Of a stretch of 64,000 nt of DNA, positions 51,648 to 62,360 are shown piece by piece. Source of the DNA: an uncultured Verrucomicrobiae bacterium (GTDB lineage: Bacteria > Verrucomicrobiota > Verrucomicrobiia > Limisphaerales > JAFGQR01). Location of the stretch: NCBI GenBank assembly GCA_963788655.1, contig CAWBHS010000055.1:34727-98726 (forward strand), read 5' to 3'. Each line of letters starts with the position of its first letter. Position 1 is the stretch's first letter. The notes beneath the pieces were generated by a model. The model did not search any database and was not told the origin of the DNA. It saw nothing but the letters and a program-made list of their open reading frames with translations. The position numbers and the translations under genes were made by a program.

Positions 51648-54600
51648 TCACGCTTCATCCAGCGACTCCAATGCCTGTTTCGCCTGGTCACGTTTGGTCA
51701 TCCAATCGGCGTGTCGCTTTTGGTGCTCTTGCAAGACGTGCGGCGGCACCTTCTCCACGAAGGCCGGATTATTCAGCTTTTGTTCGACCTTGGCAATCTC
51801 AGCATCGGCTTTGGACACCTCTTTGGTCAGGCGGGTCTTTTCCGCCGCCACGTCAATGAGCCCTTCCAAGGGTAGATAGAGTTCGCCCATTTTCACACGC
51901 ACTGAAGGCATTCCTTTGGGCGGCTGGAACTCGGGGCTGACCTCAAACGCCTCGGCGTTTAACAACAGCTTTAGCACGGCCTGGTCGTGTGACGACACTG
52001 ACTCCGCCGGGATCAGGATGAATTTGACTCTTTTGTTGGCCGGAATGTTTTTCTCGCGCCGCAGGTTCCGTCCTTGAACGACCAGCTCCTGCTTGGCCCC
52101 AGCGAATTCGAGGCAAGTGCTGTCCAAGCTGTAATGCGTGTGCATCTCGGCTTCGAACGGTTTGGGCCACGGCGCGAACATGATGGTTTCCCCACCTTGG
52201 GCAGCGGGCATGTCCTCGTGGTAACCCATGCCGTGCCACAGTTCCTCGGTGATGAACGGCAGGAACGGATGGAACAGCCGCAAGGTGTGCGACAACACGA
52301 AGTCGAGCACCGCCAGCGTGTTGGCGCGGAGGGCTTCAAGCGTTGAAGCATCGGATGGCGCGCCGATGTCTGCATTGACTTCGCTATCCGCTGGACGCGG
52401 CAAGGCGGCTTTGGCGGCTTCGAGATACCAATCGCAAAATTCGCTCCAGAAAAAGCGATACAGAGCCTGGGCGGCCTGGTTGAACTGGTAGTTCCCCAGG
52501 GCCTCGCTGATCTCGCGGATGGCGGTGTCGAGCCGGAGCAGGATCCATCTGTCGTCGCCGGTCAGGTGGGCGGGATTAATTTCGCCTTGCACCTCGCCGC
52601 CCTGCATTTGCCGGAAGCGGCAGGCGTTCCAGAGCTTGTTGCAGAAATTGCGGCCCAATTCAACGTCCTTCTCGTCGAAGAGTACGTCCTGCCCCAACGG
52701 CGCGCTCCGCATCGTGCCGAAGCGGAGGGCGTCGGCGCCGTATTTAGCGATGAGTTCGAGCGGGTCGGGCGAATTGCCCAGGCTCTTGCTCATTTTGCGG
52801 CCTAGTTTGTCGCGGATGATACCGGTGAAATACACGTTGCGGAATGGCAGGTCCCCCATGAATTCGTATCCTGCCATGATCATGCGTGCGACCCAGAAGA
52901 AAATGATGTCCGGCCCCGTGACCAAGTCGGTGGTGGGATAGAATTTCTTTGAGGTGTCCGGTCTGCGTCCGGCCAGCCCATCGTGGCGAACGGCCAGAGC
53001 CAGGAGCTGAACCAGGTGTCGAGAACGTCGGGGTCTTGGGTGAAACCGTGCTGTTCGAGTTGAGAGGCGATGCGCTCGTCGGTAGTGCTGCAACGAATCT
53101 GAAATTTGCATGGGGTGCCGAGTGGAGAATCACCTGCTTCGAGACGCTCGAAGCGCAATACGTTCACAAGGTCTTTTGACTGACCAGCAGAATTCTGTGA
53201 AGGCCACGCGAACTCCATCCCCGGAAGACCTCCGGTTCCTCGCAGGAACTCTGGGCGTGCTCCGATGGAGGAGTCGAACACTTCCTTTGGAAGGTGCTGA
53301 GACATAGCGTGGTAACTTTGCATGACAACGCTCTTCGTCCACACCGGCACGCGATGCCCCCACCACAATTGCCGGCTGATGCACCAGTCGCGGAGGTTTT
53401 CCATCCAGTGCGTGTAGGTCTTCACCCAGCGATCCGGATAGAACCGCATCTGGGGGAGCGCGCCCGCCCCGGGCGCTGCGGCGGACACCTCGTCCGCCGA
53501 GTCCTTACGCACAGACGCTTCCAATTTCAGAAAGTCCGACATTGCGCCGACGGCAGCAGGCGAGGCGCCTGCGCTCCCGGTGACACAGGTGAGCGCTGGT
53601 TCGACACTCGGATACTTCAAAAACCATTGCTCGCTGAGATACGGCTCGATGGGCACATGGCTGCGCTGGCTGTATCCGACGTTGTGGACGTAGTCCTCGG
53701 TTTTCACCAGCAAGCCTTGTTCGGTCAATTCCTCGATCACCGCCGTGCGCGCTTCCATGCGGTCCATGCCATCGTAGTCCTCGCCGGCGGCCGCCGTCAT
53801 GTTGCCGTCCGGGCCGATGACCACCGTAAACGGCAGATCGTGGCGCACGGCCATTTCGTAGTCCGCCGGATCGTGCGCCGGGCGTGACTTTGACGCAGCC
53901 GGTGCCAAATTCCTTGTCCACCAGTTCGTCGGCAATGACCGGGATGGGTTTGTTCTGCAAGGGCAGCAGACACTTCCGGCCAACCAAGTGGGTGTAGCGT
54001 GCGTCGTTGCGGGTTCACCGCCACGGCTTCGTCGCCGAGCATCGTTTCGGGCCGGGTGGTGGCCACCACGAGAAACTGACTGGGGATCGGGCTTCCGGCC
54101 TCATCCAACAAATGATACTTCAAATGCCAGAGATGCCCTTTTTCCTCGACCATCTCGACTTCCTCGTCGGAAAGCGCGGTGCGGGCGGCAGGATCCCAAT
54201 TGACCATGCGTTTACCGCGATAGATGAGGCCCTTTTTGTACAGCTCGACAAAGACTTTCTGGACGCAGCGCGAATAGTCCGGGTCCATCGTAAAACGTTC
54301 GCGGCTCCAGTCACACGAGCAGCCGAGTTTCTTGAGTTGCTGGATGATGATGCCGCCGTTCTTCTCCTTCCAGGCCCAGACGTGTTCGAGGAATTTTTCG
54401 CGGCCCAATTCATCGCGATGCTTCATGACGCCCTGCTTGCGGAGCGCCTTCTCGACGACGGCCTGCGTGGCGATGCCGGCGTGATCGGTGCCGGGCAGCC
54501 AGAGAACTTCTTTGCCGTCCATCCGGGCTTTGCGCGAGAGGATGTCCTGGATGGTATTGTTCAGCACGTGCCCCATGTGCAGTACCCCGGTGACGTTCGG

Positions 54601-54732
54601 CGGCGGGATGACGATGGAATAGGGCGGCTTGGTGGACTGGGGATTGGCGGTGAAACACCCCTGGTCCTGCCAGAACTGGTACCATTTTTCTTCGACTGTT
54701 TGCGGTTCGTACGCTTTCGATATTCCAGACAT
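51648..54732 (-). CDS. valS: Valine--tRNA ligase (frameshifts near 54005, 53880 and 52960)
   Basis: [56 protein letters not shown]-terminal coiled coil. Confidence 0.95.
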
Positions 54733-54787
54733 AAGACACTTAAATCACAAAACCAAAGGAGACGCGAGTTTCACCGATTTCTATGGA

Positions 54788-55265
54788 AGACACGAATTTC
54801 ACGAATTATCACGAATTGAACTAAGGCAAAGATGGAATGGAACTAAGTTCAAAGGACGATCCGTTTATGAACTAATGAATCTTGGCCAAAGTTGACGAGG
54901 AAACCGAGTTTCAATTTGGAGGCAGCCAAGTAATTCAGCACCTGTTTGACGTGGGATTCTGTCAGCTTTTCCACGGCTTTGGCTTCAAGCAGGATTGTGT
55001 CGAAGACAACGAAATCAGCAAAATAGCGGTGCGGCAGAATGATGGTCTTGTACTGGATGTGGTATTCCTTTTCTCGGGCGAATGGAATCTCGTTTTGGGC
55101 AAATTCAAACTCGAGCGCGTCTTTGTAAATGACCTCGTCGTGCCCTTTTCCCAACTCCCCATGCACCTCCATGCAGTGGCCAATGATTTTATACGATTCC
55201 TCTTTGTAGAGTAGCTCTGACATTTGAATCCCTAGAATTCGTGATAATTCGTGTAATTAGTGTCT
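54788..55265. repeat. Inverted-repeat arrays bracketing GxxExxY cassette 2
   Basis: 54788-54817 AGACACGAATTTCACGAATTATCACGAATT versus 55236-55265, 28/30 complementary. Confidence 0.9.
54849..55223 (-). CDS. GxxExxY protein (PD-(D/E)XK-like)
   Basis: LGKGHDEVIY, ADFVVFD.ILLEAKA, QVLNYL, GFLVNFG. Confidence 0.92.
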   Translation of the reverse strand: MSELLYKEESYKIIGHCMEVHGELGKGHDEVIYKDALEFEFAQNEIPFAREKEYHIQYKTIILPHRYFADFVVFDTILLEAKAVEKLTESHVKQVLNYLAASKLKLGFLVNFGQDSLVHKRIVL

Positions 55266-55290
55266 CAAGCCATCTTGTGCAATCGGTGTC

Positions 55291-56850
55291 TCACTTGCGC
55301 AACAGCGCGTATTCGATGCTGTCCACGAGGGCGTGGAGGCTGGCTTCGATGATGTTGTCATGCACGCCCACAGTGCCCCATTCGACTTTGCCGTCGCTGG
55401 ACTCGATCAGGACCCGGGTGCGGGCGGCGGTGCCGGTGCTGGATTCGAGAATGCGGACTTTGTAGTCGGTCAACGACACTTGCTTGAGCTGCGGATAAAA
55501 ACCGACCAGCGCCGCACGGAGGGCGCGGTCAAGGGCGTTCACGGGACCGTCGCCTTCGGCCACCGTGTGGGCGGCACCAGTGCCCACCCGCACTTTGACC
55601 GTGGCTTCGCAAATCGAATCGTGTCCGTCCCGCCGCATTGAGACATGGTAGGCATCCACTTTAAAGGGTGGCTCCTGATGTTTGAGAAGCTTGCGGATCA
55701 ACAACGCCAGTGACGCTTCCGCCGCCTCGAACTCGTAGCCGTCATGCTCCAACTGCTTGATGCGCGCGAGAATGCTTTTCAGTTCCGGCGTGTCGTTGGT
55801 GATTTTGAACCCCAGTTCCTGGGCTTTCATCACGATGTTGCTCCGGCCTGCCAGATCGCTCACGAGCACGCGCCGCTTGTTGCCGACCAGTTCAGGATCA
55901 ATGTGCTCGAAGCTGCGCGCCACTTTCTGGACGGCGTTGACATGCATACCGCCCTTGTGCGCAAACGCAGTGGCGCCCACCCAGGGTTGACGCGGGTTGT
56001 GGCGAAAGTTCGCCATTTCGTCCACGAACTGAGACACTTCCTTCAACTGCACCAGGGATTTCTCGGGCAGACTCTTCTTCTTAAGTTTGAGCACGACATT
56101 GGGGATCACGCTGGTCAGGTTGCAATTGCCGGTGCGTTCGCCATACCCATTGATCGTGCCTTGCACATGGGTGGCGCCGGCCTCCAGCGCCGTCAACGCG
56201 TTGGCCACGCCGAGGCCGATATCATCATGCGTGTGGATGCCGAGGCGGACTTTGAGTTTTTGGCGAGCTTCAGTGACGATGCGCGCAACTTCGGAGGAAA
56301 GCGAACCGCCGTTGGTATCGCACAAGGTCACCACGTCGGCGCCGGCTTCTTCCGCCGCCTCCCAGGTGGCCAGGGCGTATTTCGCGTCGTCTTTGTAACC
56401 GTCAAAGGCGTGTTCCGCATCGTACACCACAAACTTCCCGTTGGTCTTCAGATACTGGACCGTGTCAGCGATCATGGCCAGGTTCTCCTCCGGGCTGGTG
56501 CGAAGCACTTCCTTGACGTGCAGGAGCCAGGTTTTACCAAAAATGGTGACCACTGGCGTCTCGGCTTCCAGCAGCAGGCGCACCTGATCATCCACATCCA
56601 CCGGAGTACCTTTGCGCCGGGTGGAGCCGAACGCGGCAATCCGGGCGGTCTTGAATTTGCGTTTTTTCGCCTCGGCAAAGAACTCGATGTCCTTGGGATT
56701 GGAACCGGGCCAACCGCCTTCAATGTAATGAATCCCGAAAGCGTCGAAACGTTCCGCAATGCGGAGCTTGTCCATGACTGAAAAATTGATGCCTTCGCCC
56801 TGGGTGCCATCACGCAGGGTCGTATCGTAGATCTCGACTTCCGGTTTCAT
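55291..56850 (-). CDS. cimA: Citramalate synthase
   Basis: YDTTLRDGTQGEG, EGGWPGSNPKD, YDAEH, HTHDD, GYGERTGNC, AHKGGMH, EGDGPVNALD. Confidence 0.93.
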   Translation of the reverse strand: MKPEVEIYDTTLRDGTQGEGINFSVMDKLRIAERFDAFGIHYIEGGWPGSNPKDIEFFAEAKKRKFKTARIAAFGSTRRKGTPVDVDDQVRLLLEAETPVVTIFGKTWLLHVKEVLRTSPEENLAMIADTVQYLKTNGKFVVYDAEHAFDGYKDDAKYALATWEAAEEAGADVVTLCDTNGGSLSSEVARIVTEARQKLKVRLGIHTHDDIGLGVANALTALEAGATHVQGTINGYGERTGNCNLTSVIPNVVLKLKKKSLPEKSLVQLKEVSQFVDEMANFRHNPRQPWVGATAFAHKGGMHVNAVQKVARSFEHIDPELVGNKRRVLVSDLAGRSNIVMKAQELGFKITNDTPELKSILARIKQLEHDGYEFEAAEASLALLIRKLLKHQEPPFKVDAYHVSMRRDGHDSICEATVKVRVGTGAAHTVAEGDGPVNALDRALRAALVGFYPQLKQVSLTDYKVRILESSTGTAARTRVLIESSDGKVEWGTVGVHDNIIEASLHALVDSIEYALLRK

Positions 56851-56998
56851 AATCTTGCCCGCCGTAGCGGGAACGGCATTTTTACGCCCAGCGGGTTGCG
56901 GTTGAAAAGCTCAAAACCGGCATCGGAGGGGGCGTTGGAAGACCGAAAACCACCCGCAACATTGCGTTGGCGGCGGTTTTGCTCTACAAGGACAGCCT

Positions 56999-58240
56999 GT
57001 GAAGTCGCCTACCGCCAACAGCTTCTTACTGTTGCTGAATCTGGGACTGATCGCGACGGTTGGTTACCTGATCAAAACGCGGTCCCGTCCCGCGCTGCCT
57101 CCTGTCCAGGCGGCGACGCGGATTGTGACCAACGCGCCCAAGGTGGTGATCAAAGGCAGCGCCCCCCGCATCGTGACGGTGACCAATGACTTCCGCTGGG
57201 CGCAGCTCGAAACGGAAAACTACCGGGACTATATCGCCCGCTTGCGCTCCATTGGCTGCCCCGAGCAAACCATTCGCGACATCATCATTGCCGATCTTGA
57301 CAAGCTGTTTGCCCCCCAAGTGCAGTCCATGTATGGCCGGCGGCCGAATTTGCACTATTGGGATTCCGAGGAAGAAGAACTGGCCAACGATCAGGACCAC
57401 CGCAAATGGGTTCAACAGGAGCAGGCGGTCAATGAGGAAAAACGGGCGATCATCATGGAATTGCTCGGCGTGGATCTCGTGCGCGAGCGGCTGAAGGTCA
57501 AGGGCGACCAGGATTACTACGAGCGCCGCTTGGGATTTCTGCCGGATAACAAAGAAACAGCCGTGCGTTTGCTGCTCGAAAAATATGACGGCCTGGAAGC
57601 TCCGTTGCGCGGCGTGCTCGACGAACCGGGGCAAAGTCTGACGGCGACCGAGCGGGAGGAGTTGGTCCAATTGCGGTCCACCAAGCAAGCTGAACTGGCG
57701 CAGGTTCTTTCCCCCGCCGAGCAGCAAGAATTCGAGCTCTGGATGTCGCCCACCGCGAATGCCGTCCGTTACGCCTTTTACGGGATGAACGCCACCGAAC
57801 AGGAATTCCTGGAGGTTTATGAACTGCGCAAAGCTTTTGATGAAGAATACCCACCCGAAATATTGGACATGAACGATCCTGTCCAAGTTGAAAACTGGGC
57901 GCAGGCAAAACAAGCCTTGGACCAACAGCTCAAACAGACTCTCGGCGAAAGCCGCTACCAGGAATACCAGCGCGGGGAAGATCCGGATTGGCATCAGCTC
58001 AATGCCACGGTCACCCGTTTCGAACTGCCGCGCGAAAAAGCGGCGGAAGTCTATGCCATGAAACAAACGTTGCGGGATACGCGCCGTTACGTGGAGAACG
58101 ATCCCCGGTTGAGCTTCGAACAAAAAACCACCGCCCTTCAGGAAATCAGCCAGGAAACTCAGCACGCCATCCAGGAAATTCTTGGATCCGAAGCCGGCCC
58201 GTATTTCTTGCAGAAAACGGGCGGAGAATGGGAACGATGA
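56999..58240 (+). CDS. Hypothetical membrane-anchored helical protein
   Basis: N-terminal TM, YIARLRSIGCPEQTIRDIIIAD motif, acidic helical repeats. Confidence 0.8.
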   Translation: MKSPTANSFLLLLNLGLIATVGYLIKTRSRPALPPVQAATRIVTNAPKVVIKGSAPRIVTVTNDFRWAQLETENYRDYIARLRSIGCPEQTIRDIIIADLDKLFAPQVQSMYGRRPNLHYWDSEEEELANDQDHRKWVQQEQAVNEEKRAIIMELLGVDLVRERLKVKGDQDYYERRLGFLPDNKETAVRLLLEKYDGLEAPLRGVLDEPGQSLTATEREELVQLRSTKQAELAQVLSPAEQQEFELWMSPTANAVRYAFYGMNATEQEFLEVYELRKAFDEEYPPEILDMNDPVQVENWAQAKQALDQQLKQTLGESRYQEYQRGEDPDWHQLNATVTRFELPREKAAEVYAMKQTLRDTRRYVENDPRLSFEQKTTALQEISQETQHAIQEILGSEAGPYFLQKTGGEWER

Positions 58241-58290
58241 ATTCAGACTTGGGTTGACAAAGCCCCGCCCCGTGACGACGTTGCGGCAGG

Positions 58291-58719
58291 ATGAAAACGA
58301 CGACAAAAACTTTACTCCTGGCAGCGATCGTCGGAGGTCTGAGTTTGCACCAAGCGTCGGGTCAGGACGTTCCCCCAAAACCGGCACCACCGCCACCCGC
58401 TACCCCGGCACCCCCAGCGGGAGAAGCCAACGAAGCGCTGACTTATCGCCTGAAAAGCCTGACCCCGGTCACTCCGAGAACCATCGAATACGATGGCGCC
58501 CTCATGCGGCTCCGGCAACGGGCTCAACGAACCGAAGCCGACCGAGCTTCCGAAGCAGCCAAATGGAAACGGGGAGTGGACAACGTGTCCTTTGACCCGA
58601 TGACGGGCCGTCCGGCAGGTCATCTACTTGTTTCTAATCAAGTTCTGATCCGCTGCCATCTCCCCGGGGCTTTTTCTTGTTCCGCCGCTGCTCCACTGCA
58701 CTGCAACAGTGCAAATTAA
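58291..58719 (+). CDS. Hypothetical exported Pro-rich protein (3' end doubtful)
   Basis: Signal peptide, Pro-rich linker; TTGACA about 35 nt upstream. Confidence 0.5.
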   Translation: MKTTTKTLLLAAIVGGLSLHQASGQDVPPKPAPPPPATPAPPAGEANEALTYRLKSLTPVTPRTIEYDGALMRLRQRAQRTEADRASEAAKWKRGVDNVSFDPMTGRPAGHLLVSNQVLIRCHLPGAFSCSAAAPLHCNSAN

Positions 58720-58759
58720 TCGCAAGCCGCGACGAAAATTCCTGCCTGCCGCACCGGTT

Positions 58760-58933
58760 GGGTAGGGCGAGACTTCGTCGAGCCCTGACATCCCCGAAGC
58801 ACTTCCGCAGACTGGGTGATGAACAAGGGAAATACCTCGGTGTTCGTAGCGCCGTAGGCTTTCCGCGATATGGGCCTCGGGTTATCGGCAGCGATACGGG
58901 GAAGTATGGGCTCGACGGAGTCTCGCCCTACCC
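58760..58933. repeat. REP-like doublet (GGTAGGGCGAGAC family)
   Basis: GGTAGGGCGAGACTTCGTCGAGCC / GGCTCGACGGAGTCTCGCCCTACC. Confidence 0.85.
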
Positions 58934-59113
58934 GCGATTGGTTGCGGCTTTGCCGCGCTAAGGTTCCTGATGAAACGATGGCTAATCTAAGCCATCGTTA
59001 GCGATGATATATTGCCCTTGACACCGAGCCAGCGTCGTCCCAAAGATGCGCCCGTTCAGGAAAGCTTGTTCCGAGCCGTCCTGGACCTAAACCACAACAG
59101 CAAGGAATACGTT

Positions 59114-59431
59114 ATGAAAAGACTAATCGGTTGTTTGTCGGCAGTGGCGCTGGCTGCGTTCCTGACCGGCTGCGCGGGAGTGCAATCACCGCTCGTCGGC
59201 GGAGTTTACAAGGACGTGACCGCGCCCATCATGGCGACCAGTAACGCCACCGTCACCAAGAAGGGCGAAGCCTCAGCGACCTCGATCCTGGGTATCGTTG
59301 CCACCGGCGACGCCAGCATTCAGGCAGCGGCGGCCAACGCCGGAATTACGAAGATCCATCATGTGGATTATCACGCCAAGAGTGTCCTCATGTTCTGGGC
59401 GAAATACACCACCACGGTTTACGGCGAATAG
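59114..59431 (+). CDS. TRL-like family lipoprotein
   Basis: Lipobox LTGC; K.GEASATSILGIVATGDASI.AAA.NAGITKIHHVDY. Confidence 0.85.
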   Translation: MKRLIGCLSAVALAAFLTGCAGVQSPLVGGVYKDVTAPIMATSNATVTKKGEASATSILGIVATGDASIQAAAANAGITKIHHVDYHAKSVLMFWAKYTTTVYGE

Positions 59432-59483
59432 ACTTCATTTGCATCGGACGTGCAGTGCCGATGCTGATTCAATTAATCGGATC

Positions 59484-59516
59484 ACGGCCCCTGAAGGCAG
59501 GGGCCGTTTTGTTTTG
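59484..59516 (+). terminator. Intrinsic terminator
   Basis: ACGGCCCCTG-aagg-CAGGGGCCGT followed by TTTGTTTT. Confidence 0.8.
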
Positions 59517-59741
59517 GCCAGCCCGGATTTCCGACGGCGGCATGATCCTGCCCCGTCAGAACGCGCGACTAGCACCGTCAATCTCGAGTTAAAATGTACG
59601 TCCCCGGCACCAACCCCAGCGGCTGCCTTGCCTGCGCCACGGAATAGTGTGCTGGGGAGTTGATTCGGGACGGAGCGGAAGCGGAAAAGAATATCCGTGC
59701 AATCCTTCAATCTATGGGCAAAATGAAGCCGTGAATTTCTT

Positions 59742-61060
59742 ATGCTGATCGCCATCGTATGCTTGGTTGCGTTGACGCTTCCCGCCGCTGCCGAAAACTG
59801 GCCGGCATGGCGCGGAACGGACGGAAACGGGATTTGCCGCGAGCAGAGTCTGCCACTGCACTGGAGCACCAATCAGAATGTCCGTTGGCGTGTGCCCCTC
59901 CCCGGTCCCGGCAATTCTACGCCGATAATCTGGGGTGAACGCGTGTTTATTACCCAGGCCATTGCCAAAGAGCGCCAGCGTTTGGTGATGAGCTTCGATC
60001 GGCGAGACGGCAAGCTCCTCTGGCAGGCCGGCACCGTTGCGACGGTGAAGGATTCCGGCGGCGCAGCCAATCCACCCTGCTCGCCGTCTCCGGTGACGGA
60101 CGGTGAACGTGTGGTCGCGTGGTTCGGCTCGGCGGGCGTCTTCTGTTTCGACCTGAGCGGCCACGAGTTGTGGCGGCGCGATCTGGGCCGGCAAACGCAC
60201 GGGTGGGGTTACGCGGCTTCTCCGGTTCTCTACCGGAACCTCTGCCTGTTGAATTTCGGTCCTGGCCAGCGGAGTTTTCTCATCGCCCTGGACAAGCGTA
60301 CAGGCGAGACCGTCTGGCAATACGATTTGCCGCCCATCGCCGCGGACGCAAAATGGGAGGATTTCGGCGGTGACTTGAAGGACTGGAAACGGCTCGGCTC
60401 ACCCACCATGCCGGAAGTTACCGGTTCTTGCGCCACACCGGTAGTGGTACACACGACGGGACGGGATGAAGTGGTCGTGGCGCTTCCCCTGCGCGTGATG
60501 GCCTTCGCGCCCACAGACAGGCGAACCGTTGTGGAGCTGCGACGGCTTGAACACCGGCGCCTACAGCTCGCCCTTCTTCGGCGACGGTATGTTAGGAGTA
60601 ACCGGCAGCGGCCTGCGCAATGCCGCCATGGTCATTCGCCCCGGTGGTCGCGGCGATGTCACGGCTACGCGCCGGCTCTGGCATTTGTCGCCACGCGGCA
60701 GCCAAACATGCATCGGCTCGGGTGTAATCTTCCAGGGCCACATTTACCAGGTTACCACGATGGGTTTTGCCCAATGCCTCGAGTTGCAAACCGGCCGAGA
60801 CCTTGTGGGAGGAACGGCTTACCGGCAGCGGAGCGCGCAACGCCTCCTGGTCGTCGCCGGTCCTGGCCGGTGACCGCCTCTATGTGCCCAACCAGAACGC
60901 GGATGTGTTCGTGCTGCGCGCCGATCCAAAATATGCGTGTCTGGCCACCAACTCGATTGGCGGCGAGCCGATGAATGCCTCGCTGGCGATTTCGGACGGG
61001 GACGTATTCATCCGTACCCACAAACACTTATGGTGCATCAGCGAGGTAAGAAAACGTTGA
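59742..61060 (+). CDS. PQQ-like beta-propeller repeat protein (frameshifts near 60520 and 60795)
   Basis: ENWPAWRG..GNG, WRVPLPGPGNSTP, ASPVL, SSPVLAGDRLY, FIRTHKHLWCI. Confidence 0.85.
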
Positions 61061-61138
61061 GCGGCGCAATGCTGGGAGAGCAAATCTGAATCGGAACTAT
61101 TCATTTGCCAGCGATAGGAAGCGCCGGTAAGCCGACCC

Positions 61139-61768
61139 ATGCCAGAGCCAATCGTATCCACAATGACCGCCAGGATTGTCGAATGGGATCGCCGGAAGGG
61201 CTATGGCTTTTTGCAGGTTGGAAAACAGCGGGTGTTTCTGCACCACCGCGACTTTACCGAGCATCACAAGCGACCGGCCGTGGGGGATGCCGTTCACTTC
61301 ACGATGGGTCAGGATGCCAAGGGGCGTCCTTGCGCTACCAATGCCAGGCACGTAAATGACGGCGGGCGAATCACGGTGCTGAACGTTTTGGTGGTGGCCG
61401 CTCTGCTGATGTTGCCAGCCATTGCCTTGCAACGACGAGGGGCGGATTTCATTTGGGTGGGGGCCTATCTGCTCGCGCTGGGCGCAATCACTTACTCCGT
61501 ATATGCCCTGGACAAGCGGCGAGCCCGTGAAAAGGAGTGGCGGATGACCGAAGGTCTGCTGCATCTGTTGGAATTGCTGGGTGGGTGGCCGGGCGCGTTT
61601 TTAGCGCAGCGGCGCTTGCGGCACAAATGTTCCAAGGGCAGCTACCAATTTGTGTTCTGGCTGATCGTGCTCATCTATCAGTTTGTTGCGTTTGATTCGC
61701 TCCAGGATTGGCAGTTTTCCCGGGCGGCGATGAGCCGGCTTGAGGCAGCCACGGTGCATCGGCGATGA
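61139..61768 (+). CDS. Cold-shock domain plus DUF1294 membrane protein
   Basis: W...KGYGF..VFLH; Y.LDK.RA...WR..E..LH..ELLGGWPGA..AQ..LRHK. Confidence 0.9.
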   Translation: MPEPIVSTMTARIVEWDRRKGYGFLQVGKQRVFLHHRDFTEHHKRPAVGDAVHFTMGQDAKGRPCATNARHVNDGGRITVLNVLVVAALLMLPAIALQRRGADFIWVGAYLLALGAITYSVYALDKRRAREKEWRMTEGLLHLLELLGGWPGAFLAQRRLRHKCSKGSYQFVFWLIVLIYQFVAFDSLQDWQFSRAAMSRLEAATVHRR

Positions 61769-61934
61769 GCCGCCACAGCCCAAATTCCCAAAGCACGCTC
61801 GAAATAGTCCGGCGATTCCTCGCTGAGTTGTGGCGTTTAAGTGGACCGAGTCCCGTCAGGGACGAAAGAAATCATCTCCGTCGAATTACCATTTGACAGA
61901 TTGGGGGCTGTCCGCGAAATAATCTGCCGCACGC

Positions 61935-62009
<75 letters not shown>

Positions 62010-62360
62010 GCTAAAAACCCCCACAAGAACCTAAAAGAACCAAGGTGTTTACGCTTCTTGCACGTTCACAATCCAATGCTGGCCTATTGCGGCCTACGGC
62101 GTCAAACAGGGCAAATTCTGGCAACCGATGGCAACCGCTTCCGGTGGTTTTCGCTTCTGAATTCAGATCGACAACAACCGCGATTCCTCACGCACCGTAC
62201 ACGCTCCGAAGGGAGATGCTCGGCACGAGCAGCGGCAAGGTGGGGGCGATTTTCGGAGGTTGACACGAAACTGAAATCTTGCCTAATTTGCTCTCATGTA
62301 TGGAATTACCGCTGGAGCTTAACGGGTTCAATACACGAACCGTCGTTGTATTATAATTGT

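Noticed and set aside
51648..54732. valS as a pseudogene or programmed frameshift
   Set aside because: Essential gene with intact motifs; similar small indels are scattered through unrelated genes, so sequencing or assembly error is the simplest explanation.
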